Assembly: GCA_004297205.1 (NCBI GenBank)
Contig: SCUL01000002.1
Location: forward strand, 6,429 to 70,428
Direction: 5' to 3'
Length of the DNA: 64,000 bases
Origin: Patescibacteria group bacterium
GTDB lineage: Bacteria; Patescibacteriota; Patescibacteriia; 2-12-FULL-57-11
In this document: piece after piece, positions 50,027 to 60,150 of the stretch
Position numbering within the stretch: the first letter of the stretch is position 1
Layout: every line of letters starts with the position of its first letter
The notes under the pieces: generated by a model
What the model saw: only the letters and a program-made list of their open reading frames with translations
What the model was told of the DNA's origin: nothing
The model's database searches: none
Translations under genes and position numbers: made by a program

Positions 50027-51021
50027 TGCGCCTGTCGTTTTTTTCCAAACGAAGCGGTCTGCCCCCGGGCCGGCGCATCTACCGCGCGCCGCGCCAGGTC
50101 CGCACGCAGGCGGAGAATCCGTATTTCAACAAACGTCTGCAGCGCAAAGCCGTCCGCCTCGCGCCGCTGGTCGGCATGGCTGCCGTGCCCGTACTCGCTG
50201 CCATTGCCTGGATCGCCCTGTTGACCTTGCCGCAGTTCCGGATTTCCGGCCTCTCCGTGGAAGGACATGCGCGCCTGACGCGGCAAGACGTTGACACAAT
50301 CATGGCCGAGGAACTCGACGGACGCGCCTTCGGCATCTTTTCCCGCCGCAATTATTTCCTGGTCCGCCCGCAACGCATCCGTGAGGCGCTTCTGAAACAT
50401 CCGGACATCGCCTCGGCGGACGTTTCCACGTCCTTTCCTGATCAGATGCATGTCCGCATCCGCGAGCGCGAAGCCTATTTCATCGTGCTGACGAACGGCG
50501 CGCGCGTCCGTGCCGACGAGACCGGCGTGGCCTTCGGCATCTTCCCGGGGGAGGGGGGAGGCTGGCCGGTGATGGCCTCAGGGACGGCCGGCGTGCAGGT
50601 GCTCGCGACGGGGACGCCGAGCATCGTCAGTACGTCCACGCACCTGCTTTCGTATCTGCTGAGCCAGATCCGCGCGCGAGCCACAAGTTCCGTCGTTACA
50701 TTGTACGACACATCGATCACAACGCCGGTCGTGGGGGAGGAGATCGTTCCGATCAAGGTGCGAACCCTGATCGAGCAGCTTCTTTTGGCGACCGAAGATC
50801 TACGCCTGGGCTTCAGCGCCCTTGGCGGCATCTACGACCGCAGCCGGCTGCATGAGTTCACGGCCGTGACCAGCGAAGGCTGGATCATCCTAATGGATCC
50901 ACTGTACAGCCAGGAGGCGCCTCTGGCGGCCCTGGGAAGCGTCTTACGAGAAAAGGTGAAGGACAGGTCGCGGCTGCAATACGTAGACCTGCGTTACCAG
51001 GACCGTGTCTATTTCAAGTAG
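50026..51021 (+). CDS. ftsQ: Cell division protein FtsQ/DivIB-like (POTRA)
   Basis: Basic N-terminus, TM helix, POTRA (FPD...V.IRER), C-terminal YVDLRY.DRVYFK; follows ddl. Confidence 0.78.
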   Translation: MRLSFFSKRSGLPPGRRIYRAPRQVRTQAENPYFNKRLQRKAVRLAPLVGMAAVPVLAAIAWIALLTLPQFRISGLSVEGHARLTRQDVDTIMAEELDGRAFGIFSRRNYFLVRPQRIREALLKHPDIASADVSTSFPDQMHVRIREREAYFIVLTNGARVRADETGVAFGIFPGEGGGWPVMASGTAGVQVLATGTPSIVSTSTHLLSYLLSQIRARATSSVVTLYDTSITTPVVGEEIVPIKVRTLIEQLLLATEDLRLGFSALGGIYDRSRLHEFTAVTSEGWIILMDPLYSQEAPLAALGSVLREKVKDRSRLQYVDLRYQDRVYFK

Positions 51022-51095
51022 ATCGTATCTAGATGCCATGTAAATCAGACAGCACGGATGGTGCAGACAACGCATGAGCTGCGTGCAGGGGCAGA

Positions 51096-51217
51096 GAACG
51101 TTTTCCGACATGAGACCGCCGGCAGAGCACTATGTCGGAAAACGTTCGATATCTTCTGCGACTCTGTTCTGGTTAGTCGCCAGTCCTTAGAGTCGCAGAA
51201 GATATATTGTGCGACTC
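51096..51217. repeat. Two abutting long perfect inverted repeats plus a third partial arm
   Basis: 16-bp arms at 51096-51111/51132-51147; 17-bp arms at 51149-51165/51189-51205; TGCGACTC again at 51210-51217. Confidence 0.9.
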
Positions 51218-51243
51218 CTCTAATACAAAAGAAACGGCAACGT

Positions 51244-51522
51244 TCAGTGCTGCCGACCGCTCCTCTCTTCCACTGCAATGGAAGGAACGGGAGCGACTTC
51301 CAGGATGCGATCCAGTCGACGCATGATCAGATGCGCGACGACCAGCAGAACGACGCCGAGGGCCATGCTTGTTACGGCCAGCGTATGCCAGACGTTCCAG
51401 CGATCCCCTGCTGCATGGATCAGGATGAAGCCGCCGATCCCCAGGAGCGATCCCGATGTCAGGCAAACCGCCAGCCAGACGAGCAGACGACCTGTCCGGA
51501 TGAAGACGGGTCTATTCATCAT
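51244..51522 (-). CDS. Orphan two-TM membrane protein (92 aa)
   Basis: GAGGAGGAG SD; two hydrophobic helices; promoter TTGCAT-17-TAGGGT at 51547-51575. Confidence 0.7.
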   Translation of the reverse strand: MMNRPVFIRTGRLLVWLAVCLTSGSLLGIGGFILIHAAGDRWNVWHTLAVTSMALGVVLLVVAHLIMRRLDRILEVAPVPSIAVEERSGRQH

Positions 51523-51569
51523 GAGCACGCGCTCCTCCTCGAACCCACCCTACGATATACTTTCGCCGT

Positions 51570-51866
51570 ATGCAAACCATTCCTGACATGCTCCGCGAGG
51601 GCCGCGCCATCTGGGGCGACCAGAAGCTGACGCTTGGCCAGATCATCGTCCGTTTGGGTGTCGGCGTCGGTGATTTGTGCCGCTACGAACGCAATGCGGA
51701 GAAGGACGCCTCCTCCCACTCCCCTGACGAGCTTAAAAAAGAAATGGGCAACGTCATCTTCTCCATGATCCGCTGGTGCGACGACCTCGGCTACGATCCC
51801 GAGGAATGCGTCCGCCTGGCCATCGAATCGCAAAAGCGGTTCGCGGCACAGAACACTCGTCGATAA
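51570..51866 (+). CDS. MazG-like nucleotide pyrophosphohydrolase fold protein
   Basis: L...VGDL.R..., ELKKEMGNVIF......DDLG.D.EEC pattern; acidic metal ligands partly replaced. Confidence 0.65.
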   Translation: MQTIPDMLREGRAIWGDQKLTLGQIIVRLGVGVGDLCRYERNAEKDASSHSPDELKKEMGNVIFSMIRWCDDLGYDPEECVRLAIESQKRFAAQNTRR

Positions 51867-51876
51867 AAGACGTGCG

Positions 51877-53184
51877 CTATTTGAGCAGGTAGTCCAGCGG
51901 GTTGACCGGAATGCCGTTCAGTCGGGTCTCGAAGTGCAAGTGCGGGCCCGTGGTGAGACCGCCTGCTCCGGGAGTCCCCGGGGTGCCGCCGGAAAGACCA
52001 ATCGCCTCTCCCCGCTCCACGAACTGCCCTTCGGCCACCTGGATGCGCGAGACGTGGCCGTAGACCGTGGAAATGCCGTCGTCGTGGATCAACATGATGT
52101 AGCTGTAGCCCATGCCGGCATCGCGAGCGCGGGCCACGAAGCCCGGCGCGGCCGCCGTGATGCGCGTCCCTTGGTAGGCGCGGATGTCGATGGCCGGATG
52201 CTCAAAAACGTGGCGGAACGGGTAATCCGGATCGTGGAAATAGGCGGTGATGCCGCGGGACGGATCGACCGGCCAGGACAGCACGGTGCCGCCTTCGACG
52301 CCCTTCAGCTGATCCGAAGCCTCCAGCTTGCGGCGCAGGGTGTTTTCCAGCGTCTTGATGTCGCTGTCCGCGGATTGCTGCTGCGAGCGCAGCGCCGTCA
52401 GGTTCTGCTGCAAGCCGAGCTGTTCCTGCGCAAGATCGGCGGCCAGTTGTTTTTTGCCGATGGTCGTCTCTTCGAGTTCGGCCTTGGCACCTTCCAAACG
52501 TTTGCGCAGCTCATCGAGACGCATGCGCTGCTCCTCTTTGGCGTTCTGCTGCGTCTCCAGGGCCAGTTTGAAGGCCACCACCTCGGTCAAAGCGCGGTCC
52601 AGGTCTTTGCTGAGTTCCTCTGTCGATTTCAGGCGGTCGTAGAACTCGCTGAAAGAATCGTTCATCAGCAGCACCTCGAGCCCGGAACGATCCGTGGCGC
52701 GCGCGATGGTGCGGACGAACTCCGCCAGGTAGCTCTTGCGGCGCTCGATCTGCTGCGATCGCTCGCCGATGCGCAATTCGAGCGCGGCGATTTCCAGATT
52801 CACCTCCTCGATTTCCGTTTCCGTCTGCTCGATGTCGAGAATGGTTTTGGCCAGGCGGTTTTCGAGCAGCGCGAGCTGGTTCTGAAGCGAGACAGTTTCG
52901 TTGCGCTTCTTCTGGATGTCGTTGTTCAGGGCGTTGATCTTGCTCTGGAGCGATTCAACGGACTGTTTCTTGTTCTTCACGGCGTCGTTGAGGCGCAAAA
53001 TTTCTTCCCGCGTCGCGGCGGTCAGGTCTTCGTCCTCCGCAAGGGGCGCGGGCGATTCCGTGGCCGTTTCCTCGGCAAAGACCTGGTAGACCTGCCAGCC
53101 CGAATAGACGACGAACAGGGTCAGCGCCAGGGCGGCGAGGCCGAGATAGCCAATGCGGCGGGTGGAAGTTTCTACGGGATTCAC
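51877..53184 (-). CDS. Coiled-coil M23 peptidase (murein hydrolase/EnvC-like)
   Basis: TM, long coiled coil, then WP, HPAID (HxxxD), YGH, TGPHLHFE. Confidence 0.92.
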   Translation of the reverse strand: MNPVETSTRRIGYLGLAALALTLFVVYSGWQVYQVFAEETATESPAPLAEDEDLTAATREEILRLNDAVKNKKQSVESLQSKINALNNDIQKKRNETVSLQNQLALLENRLAKTILDIEQTETEIEEVNLEIAALELRIGERSQQIERRKSYLAEFVRTIARATDRSGLEVLLMNDSFSEFYDRLKSTEELSKDLDRALTEVVAFKLALETQQNAKEEQRMRLDELRKRLEGAKAELEETTIGKKQLAADLAQEQLGLQQNLTALRSQQQSADSDIKTLENTLRRKLEASDQLKGVEGGTVLSWPVDPSRGITAYFHDPDYPFRHVFEHPAIDIRAYQGTRITAAAPGFVARARDAGMGYSYIMLIHDDGISTVYGHVSRIQVAEGQFVERGEAIGLSGGTPGTPGAGGLTTGPHLHFETRLNGIPVNPLDYLLK

Positions 53185-55370
53185 AGACGGGCGGAGGCCG
53201 TTTTTATGCGTCGGACAACATCGTCCTTTTCAAGCAACGCGGAGATTTCGAAGGGTCCGGGCGAGGCGGCCTGACCGGTGAGAGCCACGCGCAGCGGCCA
53301 GAGCACTTCGCCGTTTTGGTACCCCTTGGCAACGATCCAGGCTTTCACGGCGGTCTCGAGATCCACGGGAGTCCATCCCCCGCCGTAACCCGCGAACCAT
53401 TCACCGAGTTCGGTCAGCACCTGCTTGGCGCGCGTCGCGTCGGACTTTTTCCAAACCAGCAGCTTCGCGTCGAAATCCGTCGGCGCTGCAAACAAGAACT
53501 TCACGCGTTCCGGCAATTCCGGCATGCGCACCAGCCGCTCCTTCTCCAATGTTACCACGCCGGCCAGCCAGGCGGCAGTAACGACGCGTCCGGAGGCCGG
53601 CATGACCCAACCACTCCCCTGTTTGGCGATCATTCCCGCTTTTTCCAGCTCCAGCGCGGCCATTTCTGCAAGCCGGGCGTCCGGCAGCCGCTTCAGGTAC
53701 TGCGCGTTCACCCAATCAAGCTTCTCGAAATTCACGATGGCGCCCGAGGGATTGACCTTGGAGAGGTCAAAACCGGCCACGAGTTCCTCGAAGGTATAGA
53801 TTTCCTGCTTCCCGCTCGGGTTCCAACCGAGCAGCGCCACGAAGTTGATCAATGCTTCCGGCAGATAGCCCTTGGCGAGGTAATCCTCAACCGCGACGTC
53901 GCCCTGGCGTTTGGACAGCTTGCTGCGGTCGCTGTTCAGGAGCAGCGGCAGATGCGCAAAGGTCGGCGGCGTCCAGCCGAAGGCTTCGTACAGCAACACG
54001 TGCTTGGGCGTCGACGAAATCCACTCCTCGGCCCGGATGACGTGCGTGATGCGCATGTCGTGGTCGTCGACGACATTGGCGAAGTGGTAGGTCGGAAAAC
54101 CGTCGCTCTTGATGAGCACGGCATCGTCCACCGAACCGATCGGGGTGCGGATTTCGCCGCGGATGGCGTCGGTGAAGGCGACGTCGGCGCGGTCCCGCGG
54201 CACGGCCAAGCGGATGACGTGCGGCGTGCCGGCATCAAGCCGGGCGCGGGCCTCCGTCTCGGTCAGGCTGCGGCAGCGGCCGTCGTACATCGGGGCCTGC
54301 TTGCGCGCCGTCTGCGCGGTCCGCATGGCGTCGAGTTCTTCCGCTGTGCAGAAGCAGGGGTAGGCCTTCTTGTTGTCGATCAACGGCCGGATGTACGACG
54401 TGTAGAGGTCGAGGCGCTCGGACTGGATGACCGGCCCTTCGTCCCAGGCCAGCCCCATGGCGCGCAGCGTCTCCTGCAGTTTTTCCGTGGCGCCGGGAAC
54501 GAGACGCGCGCGGTCGGTATCTTCAATACGCAGCGCAAAGACGCCTTTGTGGTGGCGCGCGTACAGGACGTTGTAGAGCGCGGTCCGCAAGGAACCGATG
54601 TGCATGTATCCGGTCGGACTGGGCGCGAACCGAACACGAACGGTGTTCGATGTTTTTTTGCTGGAAAACATGGAGGAAACGACAACAGTGAACGGGAAAA
54701 TGATAACAGCGCGGACGATGCGCCACAACCGCGAGGGCTGAAGAAGCAACCGCCACAGCCATTCCAGACCGAGCTGCTGCAAAAGTCGCGGCGCACGCGA
54801 CAATCGGCCGGTCAGATACTCGAAGGCACCGCCGACGGCGATCCGGACGCGTGCCTTCGGAAAGGCGGCCGCGTGCCGGGTCAGCCAAAGTTCCTGCTCC
54901 GGTGCACCGAAGTTGGCGATCACCAGTTCGGCATCCGTCGGTCCGGGCGACGCATCCGGCGACACGGACAGACAATCGACGTGCAACCCGGGGTGTCTCC
55001 GCCGCAGGGCGTCAGAGAACTCGATGGGCTGCGTCAATCCGCCGCGGCGCAGCGCCACGAAGACACGGAGTTTCAACCGTGCCGCTTCCGCAAGAAGTAA
55101 CTCCAGGGCCTCCGCACCCGTATATCGTTCTGCAGACTGCCCGGCGGCGCGCAGGGACCAAACGAGCCCGGTGCCGTCCGGAAGCAACAGATCGGCGGTA
55201 TTAAGCGCCGCGAGCAATCCTTGATCAGCTCGGGCTTGGAGGACGATTTCCGGATTGGTGTTGAGCACCAGCAGCGGCTTCCCTTGTCCGGCCACGGCCG
55301 TCCGCAGCCGTTGCTCGACCTCGGACCGCCGCAGGGCGTCGGCCGGGACGCCGGCAACGCTGGTCCTCAT
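53181..55370 (-). CDS. gltX: WecB/TagA/CpsF glycosyltransferase fused in frame to glutamate--tRNA ligase
   Basis: N-terminal NPEI, PDGTG, GAPEQE.W, VGGAF, RAP...LGLEWLWRL..QP.R; from about residue 234 RFAPSPTG.MHIG, RIEDTD, PTYHFA.VVDD, THVIR.EEW, KLSKR. No stop between the parts. Confidence 0.93.
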   Translation of the reverse strand: MRTSVAGVPADALRRSEVEQRLRTAVAGQGKPLLVLNTNPEIVLQARADQGLLAALNTADLLLPDGTGLVWSLRAAGQSAERYTGAEALELLLAEAARLKLRVFVALRRGGLTQPIEFSDALRRRHPGLHVDCLSVSPDASPGPTDAELVIANFGAPEQELWLTRHAAAFPKARVRIAVGGAFEYLTGRLSRAPRLLQQLGLEWLWRLLLQPSRLWRIVRAVIIFPFTVVVSSMFSSKKTSNTVRVRFAPSPTGYMHIGSLRTALYNVLYARHHKGVFALRIEDTDRARLVPGATEKLQETLRAMGLAWDEGPVIQSERLDLYTSYIRPLIDNKKAYPCFCTAEELDAMRTAQTARKQAPMYDGRCRSLTETEARARLDAGTPHVIRLAVPRDRADVAFTDAIRGEIRTPIGSVDDAVLIKSDGFPTYHFANVVDDHDMRITHVIRAEEWISSTPKHVLLYEAFGWTPPTFAHLPLLLNSDRSKLSKRQGDVAVEDYLAKGYLPEALINFVALLGWNPSGKQEIYTFEELVAGFDLSKVNPSGAIVNFEKLDWVNAQYLKRLPDARLAEMAALELEKAGMIAKQGSGWVMPASGRVVTAAWLAGVVTLEKERLVRMPELPERVKFLFAAPTDFDAKLLVWKKSDATRAKQVLTELGEWFAGYGGGWTPVDLETAVKAWIVAKGYQNGEVLWPLRVALTGQAASPGPFEISALLEKDDVVRRIKTASARL

Positions 55371-55921
55371 ACCGCGGACAGCGGATAGCTGCGCAGCTCG
55401 GTATACTCGGCGCCTCCCGGAGTCAGATCGCTGCGGTACAGGCAGAAACGGTCCACCAGGAAACGGACTTCGGGTACCTTGGCGACGAAGGCGCTCGAGG
55501 GCAGCGGCACGTCGAGCCGCGCCAGCGTCAAATGCGGACTCCAGGGCCGGGGGTCGACATCGAGACCGAGTTCATGGATTTCCCGGCCCAGCCGGTCGCG
55601 CAACGCCAGGAGCGTTCCCCCGTTTTCTTCCATGCCCACCCAGACGACCCGCGGATGCGCCGCATCCGGAAAGAAACCGACGTCGCTCAGATGCGCTTCC
55701 ACGGGGCGGAATCGGCCAGCCAGAGGGGCGATGCGCTCATCGAGACGCGAGACCAGGCTGTCGTCGTGCTGGCCCAAAAAATGCAGGGTGGCATGGATAC
55801 CGCCCGGTGCCGCCCAGCGCACCCGGGCACGCGCCGAACGACGCATCTGCGACATCACGTCGGAGAGCGCGTCACGGACGGCAGGAGGCAGCGGAACGGC
55901 AAGAAACAGGCGCATGGACAT
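55367..55921 (-). CDS. thpR: RNA 2',3'-cyclic phosphodiesterase (2H family, LigT)
   Basis: MRLFLA, HATL.FLG, PRVVW, PHLTLAR, SDL...G..Y. Confidence 0.95.
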   Translation of the reverse strand: MSMRLFLAVPLPPAVRDALSDVMSQMRRSARARVRWAAPGGIHATLHFLGQHDDSLVSRLDERIAPLAGRFRPVEAHLSDVGFFPDAAHPRVVWVGMEENGGTLLALRDRLGREIHELGLDVDPRPWSPHLTLARLDVPLPSSAFVAKVPEVRFLVDRFCLYRSDLTPGGAEYTELRSYPLSAV

Positions 55922-55988
55922 GCCCGAATCATACGGAAATCAAGCCTTTTCGTCCATCTTGACGCGACCATTCCCGGTGCTATGCTGG

Positions 55989-56015
55989 TTAGCAGTCTCG
56001 CACCGTGAGTGCTAA
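55989..56015 (+). promoter_or_regulatory. CIRCE element (HrcA operator) upstream of clpB
   Basis: TTAGCAGTC-N9-GAGTGCTAA, one mismatch to consensus, just downstream of TTGACG-16-TATGCT. Confidence 0.9.
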
Positions 56016-56027
56016 TCCCCTTCCCTC

Positions 56028-58670
56028 ATGGCAAACGATCGGTACACCCGCAAAGCCGACGAAGCCGTCCGCACCGCCAAAGAAATCGCGGAGCGCCATC
56101 GGCATCAGGCCATCGACGACATCCACCTGCTGGCATCGCTCATCAATCAGAACGACGGGCTCGTCCCGAACGTCCTGGAACGCATGGGCGTGAATGTGGA
56201 CGCGTTGGCCGATGACGTCGACAACCGCATTCATGAAGATGAACCCTCGGCCGAGGTCGTTTTCGGTACGACGCGCCGTCTGCTGGATGCCCTGACCGCG
56301 GCCGAAGAAGCCGCGCAGGAACTCGGGGACACCATCGTCAGCACGGAACACATGTTCCTCGGCTTGCTGGAACGGGCGCCGCGTTTGGCGTCCCTGTTTG
56401 CCACGCACGGCGTCACGCGGAAGCGTTTTGAGGAAGCCTTGGCCGCGGCCCGCGCCGCCGGCACGGAGCGGCCGCAGGAGCGCAAGGAACCGCGTAACCT
56501 GGAAAAATACGGCCGCAACCTCACTGCGCTCGCCCGTCAGAAAAAACTCGACCCGGTCATCGGCCGCGACGACGAGATCCGCCGCGTCATCCAGGTGCTC
56601 AGCCGTCGCACCAAGAACAATCCCATCCTCGTGGGTGAAGCCGGCGTCGGTAAAACCGCGATCGTGGAAGGACTCGCCCAGCGCATCGTCGCCGGCGACG
56701 TGCCGGAGTCGTTGATGGAAAAGGAAGTCGTCGCTCTTGATCTGGGCGCGCTTGTGGCCGGCACCAAATTCCGCGGCGAGTTCGAAGAGCGCCTCAAGAG
56801 CGTGCTCAAGGAGATCGAAAAATCGGAGGGCCGCATCGTCATCTTCATCGATGAGCTGCACACGCTGGTCGGCGCGGGCTCCGTCGAAGGCGGCGCGCTC
56901 GACGCTTCGAACATCCTGAAGCCGGCGCTGGCCCGCGGCGAGCTCCATGCCATCGGCGCCACCACGCTGCGCGAATTCCAGAAACACATCGAGAAAGATC
57001 CGGCGCTGGAACGCCGCTTCCAGCCGGTCGTGGTCAACGAGCCGTCGGTCGAGGACGCCATCGCTATTTTGCGCGGCATCAAGGAAAAGTACGAAGTCCA
57101 CCATGGCGTGAAGATTACCGACGGCGCGCTCGTCGCCGCGGCGGAACTCAGCCACCGCTACATCAACGACCGTTACCTACCGGACAAGGCCGTCGACCTG
57201 ATCGACGAAGCCGCGGCCGCGTTGCGCATGGAAGTCGACAGCCAGCCGGTCGAAATCGACCGCCTGCGCCGCGATGCCATGCGTCTGGAGATTGAAAAGC
57301 GCGCGCTTGAAACGGAAGACGATCAGACGCAGGCCGAGCGCAAAAAGACCGTCGCGCAGGAGCTGGCCGAAATGAATGAACGCATCGCCTCGTTGTCCGC
57401 CGTCTGGACCAAGGAAAAGGCCATCATCGGCGAACTGCGGACGGCGCAGAAGGAATTGGACCAGCTCAAGACCGAAAGCGAAATCGCCATGCGCCGCGGC
57501 GAGCTCGACCGTGCCGCGGAGATGCGCTACGGCAAGATTCCTGCCCAGGAAAAGCGCATGGCCGGCCTCGAGGAAAAGCTGCGCGGCATGAAGGGCTCGC
57601 GCTTCATCAAGGAAAAAGTCGGCACCGAGGAAATCGCCGCCGTTGTTTCCCGCTGGACGAGCATTCCCGTGACAAAAATGCTGGAAACGGAACGCGAGAA
57701 GCTGCTCCACCTCGAGGCCGAACTCGGCCGCCGCGTCATCGGCCAGAAGGAGGCCATCGCCGCGGTCGCCAACGCCCTCCGCCGCAACCGCGCCGGCGTG
57801 GCCGAGATGGACCGGCCGATCGGTTCGTTCCTGTTCCTGGGACCGACCGGCGTCGGCAAGACGGAACTGGCGCGCTCGCTGGCCGGATACCTGTTCAACG
57901 ACGAGAACGCGCTGATCCGCGTGGACATGTCGGAGTACATGGAGCGGCATGAGACGGCCAAGCTGATCGGTTCGCCGCCGGGCTACGTCGGCTATGACGA
58001 GGGCGGCCAGCTCACGGAAAAAGTCCGCCGCAAGCCGTTCAGCGTCATCCTGTTCGACGAAATCGAAAAGGCGCACCCCGACGTTTTCAACCTGCTGCTC
58101 CAAATTCTCGACGACGGCCGCGTCACCGACGCCAAGGGCCGCAAAGTGAACTTCAAAAACTGCGTCATCATCATGACCTCGAACGTCGGCAGCCGTTCCA
58201 TCACCCATCTGACGACCGCCGCGGACCTCGGCTTCGCGGATGCCGCCACGGCCGCCGCCGCGCCGGAGGAACGGATGCGCGAAAAGATCCGCGAGGAACT
58301 CGAAGAACGCTTCCGGCCGGAATTCCTGAATCGCATCGACGAGATCATCACCTTCCACGCCCTGACCGAAACGGACATCACGCAGATCGTCGAGCTGCAG
58401 GTCGCCCGTCTGGCAAGCCGCCTGGCCGACAAGCGCATCACGCTCGACGTGACGCCGGCGGCCAAGGCGCATCTGGCGAAGACCGGCTACTCCCCCACCT
58501 TCGGGGCGCGGCCGCTCCGCCGCCTCATTCAGACCGCGATCGGCAACCGCCTGGCGGAAGCGCTGCTGTCCGCCGAAATCGCGGAGGGTGACACCGCCCT
58601 CGTGGACCTGAAGAAGGACGCGCTGACCGTGACCAAGGCGCGGCGCAAGGTCAAAGCCGCCGTCACGTAA
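56028..58670 (+). CDS. clpB: Chaperone ClpB
   Basis: Two AAA+ modules ([16 protein letters not shown]), long middle coiled coil, [16 protein letters not shown]. Confidence 0.97.
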   Translation: MANDRYTRKADEAVRTAKEIAERHRHQAIDDIHLLASLINQNDGLVPNVLERMGVNVDALADDVDNRIHEDEPSAEVVFGTTRRLLDALTAAEEAAQELGDTIVSTEHMFLGLLERAPRLASLFATHGVTRKRFEEALAAARAAGTERPQERKEPRNLEKYGRNLTALARQKKLDPVIGRDDEIRRVIQVLSRRTKNNPILVGEAGVGKTAIVEGLAQRIVAGDVPESLMEKEVVALDLGALVAGTKFRGEFEERLKSVLKEIEKSEGRIVIFIDELHTLVGAGSVEGGALDASNILKPALARGELHAIGATTLREFQKHIEKDPALERRFQPVVVNEPSVEDAIAILRGIKEKYEVHHGVKITDGALVAAAELSHRYINDRYLPDKAVDLIDEAAAALRMEVDSQPVEIDRLRRDAMRLEIEKRALETEDDQTQAERKKTVAQELAEMNERIASLSAVWTKEKAIIGELRTAQKELDQLKTESEIAMRRGELDRAAEMRYGKIPAQEKRMAGLEEKLRGMKGSRFIKEKVGTEEIAAVVSRWTSIPVTKMLETEREKLLHLEAELGRRVIGQKEAIAAVANALRRNRAGVAEMDRPIGSFLFLGPTGVGKTELARSLAGYLFNDENALIRVDMSEYMERHETAKLIGSPPGYVGYDEGGQLTEKVRRKPFSVILFDEIEKAHPDVFNLLLQILDDGRVTDAKGRKVNFKNCVIIMTSNVGSRSITHLTTAADLGFADAATAAAAPEERMREKIREELEERFRPEFLNRIDEIITFHALTETDITQIVELQVARLASRLADKRITLDVTPAAKAHLAKTGYSPTFGARPLRRLIQTAIGNRLAEALLSAEIAEGDTALVDLKKDALTVTKARRKVKAAVT

Positions 58671-58679
58671 ACGGCGTCG

Positions 58680-58708
58680 AAAACCGCCCCTCGCCCGGGG
58701 CGGTTTTC
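58680..58708 (+). terminator. Intrinsic terminator
   Basis: GAAAACCGCCCC-TCGCCC-GGGGCGGTTTTC hairpin directly after clpB. Confidence 0.75.
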
Positions 58709-58728
58709 GCATGGTAGAATTGACCCGC

Positions 58729-60150
58729 ATGAACTGGCTTCGCAAGGCCGTCATTCTTACGCTGTGCGCGGCGGTGTCCCTGCCGTCGGCTTTTCCTACG
58801 GTGGCACGCGCCGAGGTTGACCCGGAGCTGCTGTTCCCGGACAGCGAGTTGGAGCGGGCCGACGCCATGTCGCTCGACCAGATCCGCACCTTCCTCCAGA
58901 ACAAGGGTGGGCTGTCCCGGCTGGCACTCACGGACGTCGACGGCAGCACCAAAAGCGCGGCGGAGATCATCTGGCGCGTCGCCCATGACTATCGGATCAA
59001 CCCGAAGTTCCTGTTGGCGCTGTTGCAGCGCGAACAGTCGATCGTCGAAGCATCGAACCCGAGCGTCTACCAGCTCGACTGGGCCACCGGGTACGCCCGC
59101 TGCGACAGCTGCGACGCCGATCACCCGCTGGTGGCCGCCTATCGCGGCTTCGCCAAGCAGCTGGAAGGCGCGGCCCAGCGCATCCGCAACAACTACCTGG
59201 TGGATTTGGCCGTGCGCGGCACGACGCAAACCGGTTGGGGTCCCGGCATCACCAAGATCGTCGACGGCCTCGCGGTCACCCCGGCCAACAAAGCCACGGC
59301 CATCCTCTACACCTACACGCCGCACCTGAACGGCAACCTGAACTTCGCCCGCATCCTGAAGCGCTGGTTCACCAAGGGCTATCCGGACGGCACGGTGGTG
59401 AAATCGTCCGACGGCAAACGGTTCTGGCTGATCAGCGGCGGGCAGCGGCGGCCGTTCGCCTCGGCCACGGCGTTCTTCACGCGCTACAGCGCCTCGCAGG
59501 CCGTGGTCATCCCGGCCGACGAACTGGGCGACTACGAGGAAGGCACGGCGATCCGCTACCAGAACTACTCGCTGCTTCATGAGCCGGACGGAAAAATCTC
59601 CCTGCTCGACGGCGACACCATCCGACACATCGACTCCATGGAGACGTTCCGGCGCATCGGTTTCTCCCTCGACGAAGTGCTCGACGTGCCGTCGGAAGAC
59701 CTCATCGGCTACGCGCCGGGCTCGCCGATCACGCTGGCCTCCGCCTACCCCACCGGTTCGCTGCTCCAGGACCGCGCCAGCGGCGCCATCTACTGGGTGA
59801 AGGACGGCGTGCGGCAGGTCGTCATGTCCAAGGAGATCCTGAAGGTCAACTTCCCGCGGAACCGCATCGTGGTCGTGTCGTCGGAAACGCTCGATTCGTA
59901 CGCCTCCGGCACTCCGGTGCCGTTTGCCGACGGAACGCTGGTCGGCATCCAAGGTCAACCGCGCGTCTTTATCATCTCCAAGGGCCGGCGGCGGCCGATC
60001 CTGTCCGAAGCGGCCTTCCGCGCCTACGGCTGGAACTTCGCCAACGTCGTCTGGACGACCGAACCGGCGGTCATGATCCACGAGTCCGGCGAACCCGTCG
60101 ACGTGCCAAAACCCTCCGACGTCCAAAGCGCTTTTTCTCCCGTCCTATGA
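58729..60150 (+). CDS. Secreted protein: putative lysozyme-like N-terminal domain plus four ~60-aa repeats
   Basis: Signal peptide; INPKFLLALLQREQS, ATGY, ATA.LY.YTPH..GN; repeats G(T/S)L(V/L)...(I/V)..I..G..R.......F. Confidence 0.7.
   Translation: MNWLRKAVILTLCAAVSLPSAFPTVARAEVDPELLFPDSELERADAMSLDQIRTFLQNKGGLSRLALTDVDGSTKSAAEIIWRVAHDYRINPKFLLALLQREQSIVEASNPSVYQLDWATGYARCDSCDADHPLVAAYRGFAKQLEGAAQRIRNNYLVDLAVRGTTQTGWGPGITKIVDGLAVTPANKATAILYTYTPHLNGNLNFARILKRWFTKGYPDGTVVKSSDGKRFWLISGGQRRPFASATAFFTRYSASQAVVIPADELGDYEEGTAIRYQNYSLLHEPDGKISLLDGDTIRHIDSMETFRRIGFSLDEVLDVPSEDLIGYAPGSPITLASAYPTGSLLQDRASGAIYWVKDGVRQVVMSKEILKVNFPRNRIVVVSSETLDSYASGTPVPFADGTLVGIQGQPRVFIISKGRRRPILSEAAFRAYGWNFANVVWTTEPAVMIHESGEPVDVPKPSDVQSAFSPVL

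Noticed and set aside
51096-51205. Integron attC sites or a CRISPR array
   Set aside because: Hairpin 1 has AAC...GTT ends but lacks RYYYAAC/GTTRRRY consensus and extrahelical bases; there are no identical direct repeats with spacers and no intI or cas gene in the window.
51045-51630. ORFs 51058-51630+, 51045-51278- and 51278-51586+
   Set aside because: No SD or motifs; they cross the inverted repeats and overlap the better-supported 51244-51522 and 51570-51866 genes.
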